Below are positions 38,030 to 50,139 of a stretch of 64,000 bases of DNA, piece after piece (the stretch's first letter is position 1; the number at the start of each line of letters is the position of its first letter). The position numbers and the translations under genes are program-made. The notes under the pieces were generated by a model that was not told the DNA's origin, searched no databases, and saw nothing but the letters and a program-made list of their open reading frames with translations. The DNA is from Octopus sinensis (lineage: Eukaryota), in assembly GCF_006345805.1 (NCBI RefSeq), contig NC_043014.1, positions 10,788,001-10,852,000 on the forward strand. Reading direction: 5' to 3'.

Positions 38030-39070
38030 TTTGGTAGGAGAAGGCTACTTGGTTTGAACTGATTCTTATTTCATCAAACCTTCGAAATGATGAAATGCAA
38101 AGTCGAGTTGAGCGGGATTTGAGCTCAGAACATAGAGACGGACGAAATGCAGCTGAACATTTTGTCCGACGCCGTAACGACTGTGCCAGCTCGTCGCATA
38201 ATGATATTGTTTCACGTTCGGGAAAATATTTGGAGTAAAATTTAATAATATATAAGTAAATTGCCCTTTCTTATTTCTTTATTGTCTACAAGGGGCTAAA
38301 CATAGAGGCCAAACAAGGACAGACAATGGGATTAAATCGATTACATCAACCCCAGTACGTAACTGGTACTTATCGACCCCGAAAGGATGAAAGGCAAAGT
38401 CGACCTCGGCGGAATTTGAACTCAGAACTTAACGACAGACGAAATACCTATTTCATTACTATCCACAAGGGGCTAAACACAGAAGGGACAAACAAGGACA
38501 GACAAACGGATTAAGTCGATTATACCGACTCCAGTGCGTAACTGGTACTTATTTAATCGACCCGAAAGGATGAAAGGCAAAGTCGACCTGGGCGGAATTT
38601 GAACTACAGAGCGTAGCGGCAGACGAAATACCCATTTCCTTACTACTCACAAGGGGCTAAACACAGAAAAGACAACCAAGGACGGACAAACGGATTAAGT
38701 CGATTATACCGACCCCAGTGCGTAACTGGTACTTATCTAATTGACCCTGAAAGGATGAAAGGCAAAGTCGACCTCGGTGGAATTTGAACTCAGAACGTAA
38801 CGGCAAACGAAATAGCGCTAAGCATTTCGCCCGGCGTGCTAACGTTTCTGCCAACTCGTCGCCTTAAATTGTCCTTTCTACTATAGGCACAAGGCCTGCA
38901 ATTTTGTGGGAGGGGATAAACCCCAGGATTTAACAGCCGCTTAAATTTATCGATCCCGAAAGGATGACAGCAAAGCCGAGCTCGGTGGAATTTGAACGCA
39001 GAATTTAAAACCGGAATAAATGCTGCTAACATTTTCTCCGGCGTATTAACAATTCTGTCAGCTGACCGAC
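38030..39070 (-). mobile_element. SINE-A array plus short-tail variants
   Basis: Three long units at ~38275-38865, flanked by diverged short-variant copies. Confidence 0.8.
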
Positions 39071-39469
39071 TTATATAATCAGCAAATGATAAAAGAATAA
39101 CTGCAACACATCATAACAAGCAGAATCTTTGAACTCGTTGCTGACCCGTGTTATCACAGATCAATTCGTGATAAAAGTATCATGGTTCACAATTCAGCGT
39201 ACTGAATAATACTGGCTCAGTGATGAATGAATCAGTGATAAACGAGGATGCATGTATATTAGAGGAAATGTTTTTAAGGGAAATATATTTTCATAATGAC
39301 AGCTTTAATCGTTAGGTGGTTTGTACAGCCATGTCTTCTTGTAGTCAGCTACAGTCGTGGCCATTGGTTTTTGAATAAATAAACATCACTCATCGTAAAT
39401 GCCAAATATCACTTCTCCATTAAAAACATTTTTGTTACGAATGCAGCGTGGAAGACCCAAATTGATTTA

Positions 39470-39670
39470 AAATTTCGGCACAAGAGCAGCAATTCCGGAG
39501 GATAGGGTAAGTCGATTACATCAACCCCAGCGCTCAGTCGCTACTTATTTTATCGACCCCGAAAAGATGAAAGGTAAATCGGCCTCGCTCGAATTTCAAC
39601 TCAGAACATAAAAACGGATGAAATGCCGCTAAGCATTTTGTCCGGCACGCAAACGATTCAGCCAGCTGCC
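39470..39670 (-). mobile_element. SINE-A short-tail variant
   Basis: Match to head and central domain; tail reads ...AAATTGCTG(C)TCTTGTGCCGAAATTT on minus. Confidence 0.7.
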
Positions 39671-40534
39671 TCTTTAAGGAAACCATTAATTACAGAAACA
39701 ATTAAGTAACATCATTGATTATATATGCTGAGTATTAATTCTCGATTAAAAACATTCTTTTATAAATGCAGCGTGGAAGACACGTATTAATCATTCAAAA
39801 GAACACAAAAATTGTAAACTTCTCTTGGGCATTTATCATCTGGTGTCAAAATTTTCCTCAAGCTAACTGCGACTGGTCACTGAGCTTTGTCTGTAACCAG
39901 GTCACCGGTGTAGCGACGAAAATTTTGACACTGTATGTATAATAATTAATAAATATTTAAATGCAGTAATCAGCCCTCGTCTGCTTTTAAATGGTTAACA
40001 TATGTCTTTCATGCTGCAGTCGTTTTAGTTTCAACACACTTTCTCAGATCAAATCACTCGCCTTGGAAGTTCACCGAAATGTTTTTTAGTTCAGAACGGC
40101 AAGATTTTGGATTCAAATCCTACAGATGTTGATTTTTTTTTTTTGTCATATGATATTGCTGATCGGCTTCCGAGCTTCTGGAGCGGCAAGCCTGTACTAT
40201 ATTCCCTGAAGAAACGCCCAACTTACATTTCCAAGGTCGTTGGTTCAGTAGTAACTGTAACAGAATCACGTTCGGTTTCTCTGAAAATGTCAGACTTCAT
40301 GCTTATGTAAGAAACAGTTCTCTGTTGTCGATGTTGCTTTTGAGAGACCCGTTTTAGGAAAAACACGACAGACACCATCACATATCCCAATTTCTAAAAG
40401 CTTGAAGCTTCATGTTAATTCCAGGAATATGTCAAGCAGAGTGTATCTTACATTACTGTATACATCCTTACAAAAAACTAAATGTTGTCCCACTACACAG
40501 GAGATAATAAAAATATGATTGCTTATGTCGTGTG

Positions 40535-40850
40535 CGGATGCACAATGGCCCAGTGGTTAGAGCAGCGGACTCGCAGTCGGAGGTTCACGGTGTCAATTCC
40601 CAGACCGGACGTTGTGTGTGTTTATTGAGCGAAAACACCTAAAAGCTCCACGAGGCTCCGGCAGGGGATGGTGGCGACCCCTGTTGTACTCTTTCACCCC
40701 AACTTTCTCTCACTCTTCCTTTCTGTTTCTTGAGTAATGCTGCGATGGACTGGCGTCCCGTCCAGCTGGGTTGAATACATACGCCACAGAAACCAGGAAA
40801 CCGGGCCCATAAGCCTGGCTAGGCTTGAAAAGGGTGCATAAATAAAAATA
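40535..40850 (+). mobile_element. SINE-C, near full length
   Basis: GGATGCACAATGGCCCAGTGGTTAGAGCAGCGGACTCG head; GCGATGGACTGGCG tail. Confidence 0.85.
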
Positions 40851-40859
40851 AAATGTCGT

Positions 40860-41330
40860 GTAGGTCTTCTATTAAAGGATTCTTCAGCCCTTCAAAAATA
40901 TAGCCTTTTTTCCCGTGAGCATGAAGAGATTCTTTAAAGCTTCTTACCACTCACTTCTTCAGAAAGGTCCTCCTCTCACCTCATGCAAGTGTTTCGGCCC
41001 TTAAGTCTCTACTTTTTAAGGTGGCTGGACCGCATCCAGGTCATGACTTCTGGACCCTTCTGTGGTATTGTCTGCATTGTAACCCTCCTGGATGGTCAGG
41101 TACCTAACAGTTCAGTCCAAGAAGACAGTTGATTGCAGGATTGACTGCACCTTTTGAAGTTCACTTCCGTTCCTCCTTGACGACATCCGGTTAGACCTTT
41201 TGTCAGTTGCTTCTGCTATTGGCTAAATACTCTGGTTGTCTTTCGCCCAGGAATTGAGAAACATTTCATGAGATCATAGGCAGATTTGCCCACAAACCTT
41301 CTCTCGGCAATTTTAATCCACTGGTATTCC
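40860..41330 (-). mobile_element. Possible 3' end of an RLE-type (HERO-like) non-LTR element
   Basis: RRFVGKSAYDLMKCFSIPGRKTTR resembles the C-terminus following (E)VGCRGF in HERO-like elements (from recollection). Confidence 0.35.
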
Positions 41331-41349
41331 TACAGGTTGCATAAATATT

Positions 41350-41920
41350 GGTTTCAAATTTTCGCACAAGGCCAGCAAATTTGGGGGAAGGAGGTAAGTC
41401 GATTACATCGACCCCAATGCTCAAATAGTACTTGTTTTATTGAGCCCGAAAGGTTGAAAGGCAAAATCGAACTCGGCGGAATTTCAACTCAGAACGTGAA
41501 TACAGACGAAATAACTATTTCTTTACTGCCCACAAGGGGCTAAACACAGAGGGAACAAACAAGGACAGACAAAAGGATTAAGTCGATTATATCGACCCCA
41601 GTGCGTAACCAGTACTTATTTTAATCCACCCAGAAAGGATGAAAGGCAAAGTCGACCTCGGCGGAATTTGAACTCAGAACGTAGTGGCAGACGAAATACC
41701 TATTTCTTTACTACCCACAAGGGGCTAAACACAGAGAGGACGAACAAGGACAGACAAACGGATTAAGTCGATTATATCGACCCCAGTGCGTGACTGGTAC
41801 TTATTTAATCGACTCCGAAAGGATGAAGGGCAAAATCGACCTCGGCGGAATTTGAACTCAGAACCTGAATACGGACGAAATACTGCAAAGCATTTCGTCC
41901 GGTGCGCTAACGATTCTTTT
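41350..41920 (-). mobile_element. SINE-A concatemer
   Basis: Three units; junctions GACGAAATA(A/C)CTATTTCTTTACT. Confidence 0.85.
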
Positions 41921-42120
41921 CCCTATCATTTCGTTCTGTTTGTCAACTGTTGCATCATCTCGCCTTTCTCATTCCTCTTTTTCGTTTGTGGGGATAAGTT
42001 GAAATTCTGGCATTTGGCATCAAGGGCTGTACAAATCCCTCATCTAAATCAAAAACGCGAATGTCCTTGGCACTGTGGTGTGACTTCTAGCCTTGGTTTT
42101 TTTCCGACGTCTTATCTGCT

Positions 42121-42857
42121 ATTACAAAGTTACAACACACTTTTTCACGTTGCGACCCGAATCTCTCATACAATGTCCCTATTCTTGGGGTTGCCGCTCC
42201 ATCTTGCCTTTTTCTAACATGCTTCATGTTCCATAGACAAAAGATGGTCCCGGAATGCGACGAAAGAAGAAGAGAATGAGGAATTCATCAGTGCCACTCC
42301 CATTATACCTAGATATGCATTTAGGAACATCCAATAGTCTTTATATAGGCCTTTCTTTTGTCCTGTGGATCTTTATGCCCGGTCCAGAAGAAAATTCCAC
42401 TTCACAGACCCACGGGACTACTATATTATTTCTTTACTGCCCACAAGGGGCTACACACAGAGGGGACAAACAAGGTTAGACAAACGGATTAAGTTGATTA
42501 CATCGACCCCAGTGCGTAACTGGTACTTATTTAATCAACCCTGAAAGGATGATAGGCCAAGTCAACCTCGGCGGAATTTGAACTCAGAACGTAACGACAG
42601 ACGAAATACTGCTAAGCATTTCGCCCGGCGCGCTAACGTTTCTCCCAGCTCGCCGCCTTCCACGGGACTACTATCTGTTCTTTACTCATGGTCCTAAATG
42701 CATATCTTCTTATTTCGTCACGTCCCGGGACCATCATTTGTCTATGGAACAAGTAGCATGTTAGAAAAAGGCAAAGTAGAACAGCAACCCCAAGAAAAGG
42801 AACATTGTATGAATGATTCGAGTGGCAACGTGAAAAAGTATGATGCGTCTTTGTAAT
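42121..42857. mobile_element. Foldback/long-TIR element with nested SINE-A (42425-42659)
   Basis: Diverged ~150-bp inverted arms at 42121-42274 and 42705-42857; SINE TSD CCACGGGACTACTAT at 42410-42424 and 42660-42674. Confidence 0.7.
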
Positions 42858-43229
42858 TATGATTCTAAAACAGATGATGGTTATGATTAATTAGCGTGTT
42901 GACACCATTACTGTTTACCTAAAACATATCCAAGTCCGTTCTGGGTCTACTTTATCAACAGGTGTGATTCGTACATATGTATAGAAATCAAACAACCATG
43001 CATTTGTTTATACTTGTCGAAATACAAAAATATGACGATAAGTGTTTCTATCGGTAGCTAACTAGATAGGTTGGGAAGGTTTAGTTGCTGACGTTTGCCT
43101 CTGAATCGGTCTTGAATGAGTAATCTTACGGTCGAAGGCAAATGCAGTCGGTACGACGGTCGGCTGTGATGCAACACAATCTAGGTTCGAGTACCCTCAG
43201 TGAGTTTGATTTTCTTTTTATTGGGTGTC

Positions 43230-43516
43230 ATATTGTTGTTTGTTCCTTCTCAAGCCATGCCTGGCTCATTAGGGCCGGTTTCCCAGTTTCCTTGGCGTAT
43301 AGGTTCCGTCGCAGGTGAGCTGCAAGATGCAGGAGGAAAGAATGAGGAAAAGTTGTGGCGAAAGAGTCAGCAGAAGTTTGCCATTAACTTCTGCCGGAGC
43401 CGCGTGGAGCTTAGGTGTTTCGCTCATAAACACACACATCACCCGGTCTGAGATTCGAACCCACGATCCCTCGACCGCGAGTCCGCTGCTCTAACCACTA
43501 AGCCATGTACCTCCAC
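43230..43516 (-). mobile_element. SINE-C-related subfamily
   Basis: tRNA head GGAGGTACATGGCTTAGTGGTTAGAGCAGCGGACTCG; related central domain. Confidence 0.75.
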
Positions 43517-43851
43517 GTTTGTCATATTAGCGTCTATAATATCTTATACCGCTTTACTTATACATCCACATACACATATTTATGTATGTATGTGTGTATG
43601 AGCATATACATATAAATTTGTGTATGTGTGTGTGCATGTGCGTCTGTGTGCGTGCGTGTGTGTGTGCGTGTGTGTGTGTTTATACTTACATATATACTTA
43701 GCATATATGTAAGTTCTGATTTCAAATACCACCGTAATCGACTTAACATTTCATCCTCTCGATTAGTAATTAATGTGATCGATAACACCCCCAGCCTCGA
43801 AATTGCTGGCCTTGTGTCAAAATATGAAACCGATATTTACTGCTTGTGGTA

Positions 43852-44172
43852 AAGGCGGAGAATTGGCAGAATCGTTAGCATGCAGGACAAACTGCTTTGC
43901 AGCATTTCGTTCGTCTTGACATTCTGAGTTCAAATCCCACCGAGATCAACTTTGCTTTTCATCCTTTTGGGGATCGATAAAATAAGTAAAAGTTGAGCCG
44001 TGGGGGTCGATGCAATAGACTTAACGCCTTTCTCAAAAACTTCAGGCTTTGTGCTTATCGTAAAAAGGGTATTACTGCTTGTGATTTAAGATGTTGCAGC
44101 TCTTCTTGTTGCCGAGGCAGTAGTTATTATGCTAAATATTATCTCTCGTTATTAATACTGCCTCTGTCGCTA

Positions 44173-44252
<80 letters not shown>

Positions 44253-44680
44253 ATACTCTTTTACTTGTTTCAGTCATTTGACTGTGGCCATGCTGGAGCG
44301 CCGCCTTTAGTCGAGTAAATCGACACCAAGACTTATTCTTTGTAAGCCTAGTACTTATTCTATCGGTCTTTTTTGCCGAACCGCTAAGGTACGGGGACGT
44401 AAACACACCAGCATCAGTTGTCAAGCGATGTTGGGGGGGGGCAAACACAGACACACAAACATATCCACACACATACATATATATATTATATATATATATA
44501 TATATACATATATACGACGGGCTTCTTTCAGTTTCCGTCTACCAAATCCACTCACAAGCTTTGGTCGGTCCGAGGCTATAGTAGAAGACACATGCCCAAG
44601 GTGCCACGCAGTGGATCTGGACCCAGAACCATGTGGTTGGTAAGCAAGCTACTTACCACACAGCCACTCCTACGCCTATA
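43852..44680. mobile_element. SINE-A variant (43852-44070, +) and SINE-B (44255-44680, -)
   Basis: Family matches. Confidence 0.75.
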
Positions 44681-44701
44681 TATATATATATATATATATA
44701 T

Positions 44702-44892
44702 AGGGGGATAATTCACAAAAAAGCAAAAGATGAAGGCAGGTGGTGTAGACAACAAACAGATGTATTAGTTTAACGCTCGGGAAGTGAAAAAGTCTTTAAC
44801 ATTTCGAGCCTACGCTCTTCCACAGAAAGGAACACAGAAAGAAATAATGAAAGAAAATAAAGAACGTGTAGTGGCTAGCAATCTATCATGGC

Positions 44893-44895
<3 letters not shown>
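44702..44895 (-). mobile_element. H3 module copy in (TA)n with HHR-like core
   Basis: Minus strand CCTTT CTGTGGA A GAGC GTAG GCTC GAAA TG TT AAAG (44795-44830). Confidence 0.6.
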
Positions 44896-44944
<49 letters not shown>

Positions 44945-44984
44945 TAACAAGTTCACTGGTTAATTCCAACACTAGTGCCTGTTC

Positions 44985-45560
44985 TGGCACTGCTTTTCTA
45001 TATATCACTGGCGGAACGACGAGCCACTGCTACCTCTAGCGGTCGAGCGTCTATTATTGACGAGACCATAGAACGTCGAAATCACTTGAACTGGTGGTCT
45101 CGGTGCTGCGGGTATGTGTCTCCCTATTAGCAATACAAGCAAACGTGCATTTTCCACCAAGAGCCAGTATGAGAGTTTCTCTCATGGTATCTACCACAGT
45201 ATAGTTTGTTCTTACAGAACATCCATATTCAACTGGGAATAAATATTACCTCTCGCTATCAATACTCTGTGGCTAATACATTTTTTTTTAAAGTTCACTT
45301 GTTAATCGCGACACCAGCGCCAGTTCTCGCACTGTTATATTATTATATTATAAATTATATATATTATTTATATATCGCTAGCGGGAGATGAATCGCTGCT
45401 ATCTCTTGTGGTCGAACGTCTACCACTGACGAGGCCAAGGAAGATCGAAATCACGTGAACTGTTGATCTCGTTGCTGAAGATGGAGGAGATTTATCTCCC
45501 CGCTAGTGATATAAAAAAGCGTGCATTTTTCACGAAAAGCCAGTATTTGATTTACTCTCA
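44985..45560 (+). repeat. T369: diverged tandem duplication (369-bp period), one HHR-like core per unit
   Basis: Cores TTGACGA 45057-63 and CTGACGA 45426-32, each followed by stem II, GAAA, stem III and GTC/ATC; shared flanks (GCACTG; CGTGCATTTT..AGCCAGTAT). Confidence 0.6.
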
Positions 45561-45769
45561 TGCTAACTATTGCAATGTAGCTTTTTCTGATAGAGTATTC
45601 ACATTTAGGTGGGGATACATATTACCTCTTTGTACATTATCGTTTTCTGAGATAATAAAATTTAAACGGCGTCAGATAATTAGTAATGAAAGAGCCGGTT
45701 GACTTTTTAATAATTAAGATTGTCATTAGTAATTGCTTATTAATGAAGTTTAGTTTTTGTTATTCTTAT

Positions 45770-46170
45770 ATTCTTCTTTTGTTTCAGACATTAGGCTGCG
45801 GCCAAGTTGGGGGCACTGCCTTGAAACAAATCGACCCAGTGCTAATTGTTTTTCAAAGTTCACTACTTATTTTATTGGTTCTCGTTGCCGAACTGCTAAG
45901 TTACTGGAGCATAAACAGACCAACACCGGTTGTCAAGCGACAAACACAGAGTTACACATATACGTACTCTCTCTGTCTCTCTCTCTCACACACACATATA
46001 TACAATTATATGTGCGATGGGCTTCCTCACAGTTTCCATCTAACAAATTAACTCACAAGGCATTGGTCGGAGCGGGACTATAGTAGAAGACTTTTGACCA
46101 AAGTGCTACCCAGTGGAATTGAACCTGAAACCACGTCGTAGCAAAACGGGATTCTAAACCACATAGGCAT
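45770..46170 (-). mobile_element. SINE-B, diverged
   Basis: Family match. Confidence 0.7.
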
Positions 46171-46377
46171 GCCAGAATTCACACACACATAAAAAAATAC
46201 CAACCGAATTCAAACCGTTCTAAAATTAGTTTAGGGATGTGATATATTTAAAACACAACTTTGGCAGCAGATGAAAATCTTTCAACAACGGTAGATGAGA
46301 ATCTAGATACACATTCTTGCCACGTTGGGCTCTCTTCGCAGCACATATTCATTTATATCATTATGTTAGACAACTTA

Positions 46378-46913
46378 GCAGTATTTCGTCTGCCGCTACG
46401 TTCTGAGTTCAAATTCCGCCGAGGTCGACTTTGCATTTCATTCTTTCGGGGTCGACAAATTAAGTACCAGCTACGCACTGGAGTCGATGTAATCAACTTA
46501 ATCCGTTTGTCTGTCCTTGTTTGTCATCTCTGTGTTTAGCCCCTTGTGGGTAGTAAAGAAATAGGTATTTCGCCTGCCGCTACGTTCTGAGTTCAAATTC
46601 CGCCGAGGTCGACTTTGCATTTCATCCTTTCGGGGTCGATTAAATAAGTACCAGTTACGCTCTGGGGTCGATGTAATCGACTGAATCCGTTTGTGTGTCC
46701 TTGTTTGTCTCCTCTGTGTTCAGCCCCTTGTGGGTAGTAAAGAAATAGGTATTTCGTCTGCCTTAACGTTCTGAGTTCAAATTCCGCTGGGGTCGACTTT
46801 GCATTTCATCCTTTCGGGATCGATAAATTAAATACCAGTTGAGTACTGGGGTAGATGTAATCCACTATCCCCCCCACTCCCAAATTTCAGGCCTTGTGCC
46901 TATAGTAGAAAGG
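46378..46913 (+). mobile_element. Chimeric SINE-A concatemer with one TSD
   Basis: Perfect 18-bp TSD ATTATGTTAGACAACTTA at 46360-46377 and 46914-46931; two long-tail units plus a terminal short-tail unit. Confidence 0.9.
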
Positions 46914-46989
46914 ATTATGTTAGACAACTTATGTATTTTTTTTTTGTGTTTCATTTTCTTCTCTGATCAATTTTAAGAATTTAAGAATA

Positions 46990-47385
46990 TTTCTTTACAT
47001 TCGTAACTCTTTCCAAATCAATAGTTTTTTTTTTTCGCCAGTAACGATTCGGTAAAGAAATCGTTGCTTGTGTCCATGAGTTGACCGGTGACGAGCAAGC
47101 AAACCAGCGGAGATTGTGGCTTGATTTTTGTTGTCGCTTAAAGCATGCGGAACACATGCTCCATACTTCTGAACCTTTCCCATCGAGTGAAGATGCTTCT
47201 CTATAGCAGTGTGGGAGCATTCCATTTTCTCTACCAGTTCCCTCGTCGTTTGACGAGAATTTTCGTGCAAAAGTTGGTTTAATCGCTCTTCATCGAACTC
47301 AACTGGACGGCCAGAACGAGGTGCGTCTTTGAGGTCAAAATTTCCGTTTTTGAACTTGGCATACCAATCACGAGCATAAAGAATA
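46990..47385 (-). pseudogene. Mariner transposase fragment
   Basis: ARDWYAKFKNGNFDLKDAPRSGRP...RQTTREL...CVPHALS...FLYRIVTG (HTH, WVPHEL and first-D region). Confidence 0.85.
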
Positions 47386-47674
47386 TGTATGTGTGTGTGT
47401 GTGTGTGTGTGGTGTGTGTGTGTATGTACGGTGGATGTATATGTGCATGTGTATCTGTGTTTGTCACCCACAGCCCACAGCCTGACAACCAGTGTTGATT
47501 TTCTTACATTTCCGTACCCGTAACTTAGCGGTTTGGCAAAAAAGAAAACGCAAGCAATAAGTTTCATTTGTTCGACTTAAACCTTCTAAAGTAGTGCCCC
47601 AGTATGGCCCGCAATTCAATCAATGAAACAAATAAAAGACTAAGGATCAAAGATTTAAAAAAATTTAAAATAAC

Positions 47675-47925
47675 TATCATCATCATCGTCGTCGTCGTCG
47701 TCGTCATCATCATCGTCATCATCATCATCACCGTCATCATCATCATCATCATCATCGTCGTTGTCGTCGTCGTCATCATCGTCATCATCATCATCACCGT
47801 CATCATCATCATCATCATCGTCGTTGTCGTCGTCGTCATCATCGTCATCATCATCATCATCATCATCACCGTCATCATCATCATCATCATCGTCATCATC
47901 ATCATCCTCCACCTCATCATCATCA

Positions 47926-47967
<42 letters not shown>

Positions 47968-47992
47968 TCATCATCATCATCATCATCATCAT
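47675..47992. repeat. (CAT)n/(CGT)n microsatellite
   Basis: Direct inspection. Confidence 0.95.
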
Positions 47993-48126
47993 TTAACGTC
48001 CGCTTTCCTTGGTGGTATGCGTTGAAAAGTTTGACAGGAGCTGGCGAGGTAGAAGACTGAACCCAGGCTTCAGTGTCTATTTCGACACGGGTTTTTTTCT
48101 AACGGTCGGATGCCGTTCCTAATACC

Positions 48127-48360
48127 TATTTCTTTACTACCCACAAGCGGCCAAACACAGAGGGAACAAACAAGGACAGACATGGGTATTAAGTCGATTA
48201 CATCGACCCCAGTTCGTAACTGGTACTTAATTTATCGACCCCGAAAGGATGAAAGTCAAAGTCGACCTCAGCGGAATTTGAACTCACAACGTAGCGGCAG
48301 ACGAAATACGGCTAAGCTTTTCGCCCGGCGTGCTAACGATCCTGCCAGCTCGCCGCCTTC
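48127..48360 (-). mobile_element. SINE-A, full length, with TSD
   Basis: 17-bp TSD ATGCCGTTCCTAATACC at 48110-48126 and 48361-48377. Confidence 0.9.
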
Positions 48361-48991
48361 ATGCCGTTCCTAATACCGACCACCCAGCAGAGTGGACTGA
48401 GTGCTAAATACACCTAAAGTTCACTCTCACCAATGATCTTTTTGCTATTCAAATCAACGCAATCCTATTCTGTTCTACATCTGTTTTCGCAAAGGTTAGT
48501 CAGCCAACGAAGCTAACGTCAGGTATTTGCAGCCTGGTATCATACCGTACTCCGATTACATTCATAAATATCCCGTTACCAGTTGACATTTAGATTCGTC
48601 GATTGTAATCGGTTAGCCTTCGTGTCGCTGCTGAAAAAAGTTGTTACAAATGAGAACACCAGAATGACGGGTTTGCTATTCTGTGAAATGACATCAGATT
48701 ATCACGTTAGCTTTACTACAAAGGAGTGAGTGATTGTCTCATCTACTATGAATCATGATGTCAATGTCTTCTGTGATGTATTCGTTGGTTTCTCGAAGGC
48801 GGCTGCAGCGACAAAAATTATGCTGTTTCGATCATTTGAAAATATAATCGATATACTTTCTACTACAGTTCAATACATATTTGTGTGTGTGCGCGCACAC
48901 GTGTGTGCATGTGTGTGTGTGTGTGTAACGGCAGACGAAATACCGCAAAGCATTTCGCCCGGCGTGCTAACTTTTCTGCAAACTCGCCGCC

Positions 48992-49039
<48 letters not shown>

Positions 49040-49499
49040 GGATATAACGCAGAGAACAGTAATATTAAAGTATACATATATATATATATATAATTGTCAC
49101 ATATTATATTTACAGATAAATTTCCTCTATTTACATAATATTGAGGTCTCTTTCTTTCTTTTGTTATCTTACCGTTTTTAACAATATATATATATATATA
49201 TATAAAGGGTTTGTATGATTGTGTATCGAGGGATATATATTATTCAAAGGAATTCCAACTCTGTCTGTTTTTTTATGTTTTATTTATATTCTTTATAATA
49301 TTAATGTAGAATATAGAATATATAGTATAAATAATATATATATAGTAAAATGAAATGAAGTATTGATTGTCTTATTGAATAGATGAAATATTGAATATCA
49401 GATATTAAGGGACTAGTATACTTTCTTGCACTATAGCAGTCTTCAAGGTCCCAGGTTGTGACAGGAATGTTTCAATAATTTATATATATATATATATTC

Positions 49500-49765
49500 T
49501 TTTATTCTTTTATTCTTTTATTCTTTTATTCTTTTATTCTTTTATTCTTTTACTTGCTTCAGTCATTTAACTTCGGTCATGCTGGAGCACCGCTTTGAAG
49601 GGTTTTAGTCGAACAAATTGCCCCCCTGGAGTTAGTTCTTAAGCTTAGTAATTTTTTCTGCTGGTGTCTTCTGCCGAACCGCTAAGTTACGGGAACGTAA
49701 ACACACCGACACCGGTCGTCAAGCAGTGATGGAGAGACAAACACAGTCACAAAGACACACACCGG

Positions 49766-49809
<44 letters not shown>

Positions 49810-50010
49810 CACACACACATACACACACACACACACATATATATACACATATATATAAGCCGGGCGTCTTTCAGTTTTCGTCTACTAAGATCTGGTCACA
49901 AGGCTTTGGTCGGCCCGAGGCTATAGTAGAAGACACTTACTCAGGGTGCCACGTAATGGGACTGAACTCGGAACCATGTGGTTGGGAAGCAAGCTTCTTG
50001 CCACTCAGTC
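49500..50010 (-). mobile_element. SINE-B
   Basis: Family match with internal (CA)n/(TA)n. Confidence 0.8.
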
Positions 50011-50139
50011 GCCTCATACACACATATATGCATGTGTCTGTATGTATATAGGTGTGTGTGCGCGTTTGTTACATATGCAATATATGCATGTGCCTATATA
50101 ATGCATTGATGTATATACAGCAAATTTAATAATAATAAT

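Noticed and set aside
39370-39790. ~45-bp direct repeat flanking a SINE
   Set aside because: Too long and diverged for a TSD; likely an old local duplication of no evident significance.
42285-42291. Minus-strand CTGATGA
   Set aside because: No stem II-GAAA downstream.
47564-48060. Poly-D/S/M/I ORFs
   Set aside because: (CAT/CGT)n microsatellite translations.
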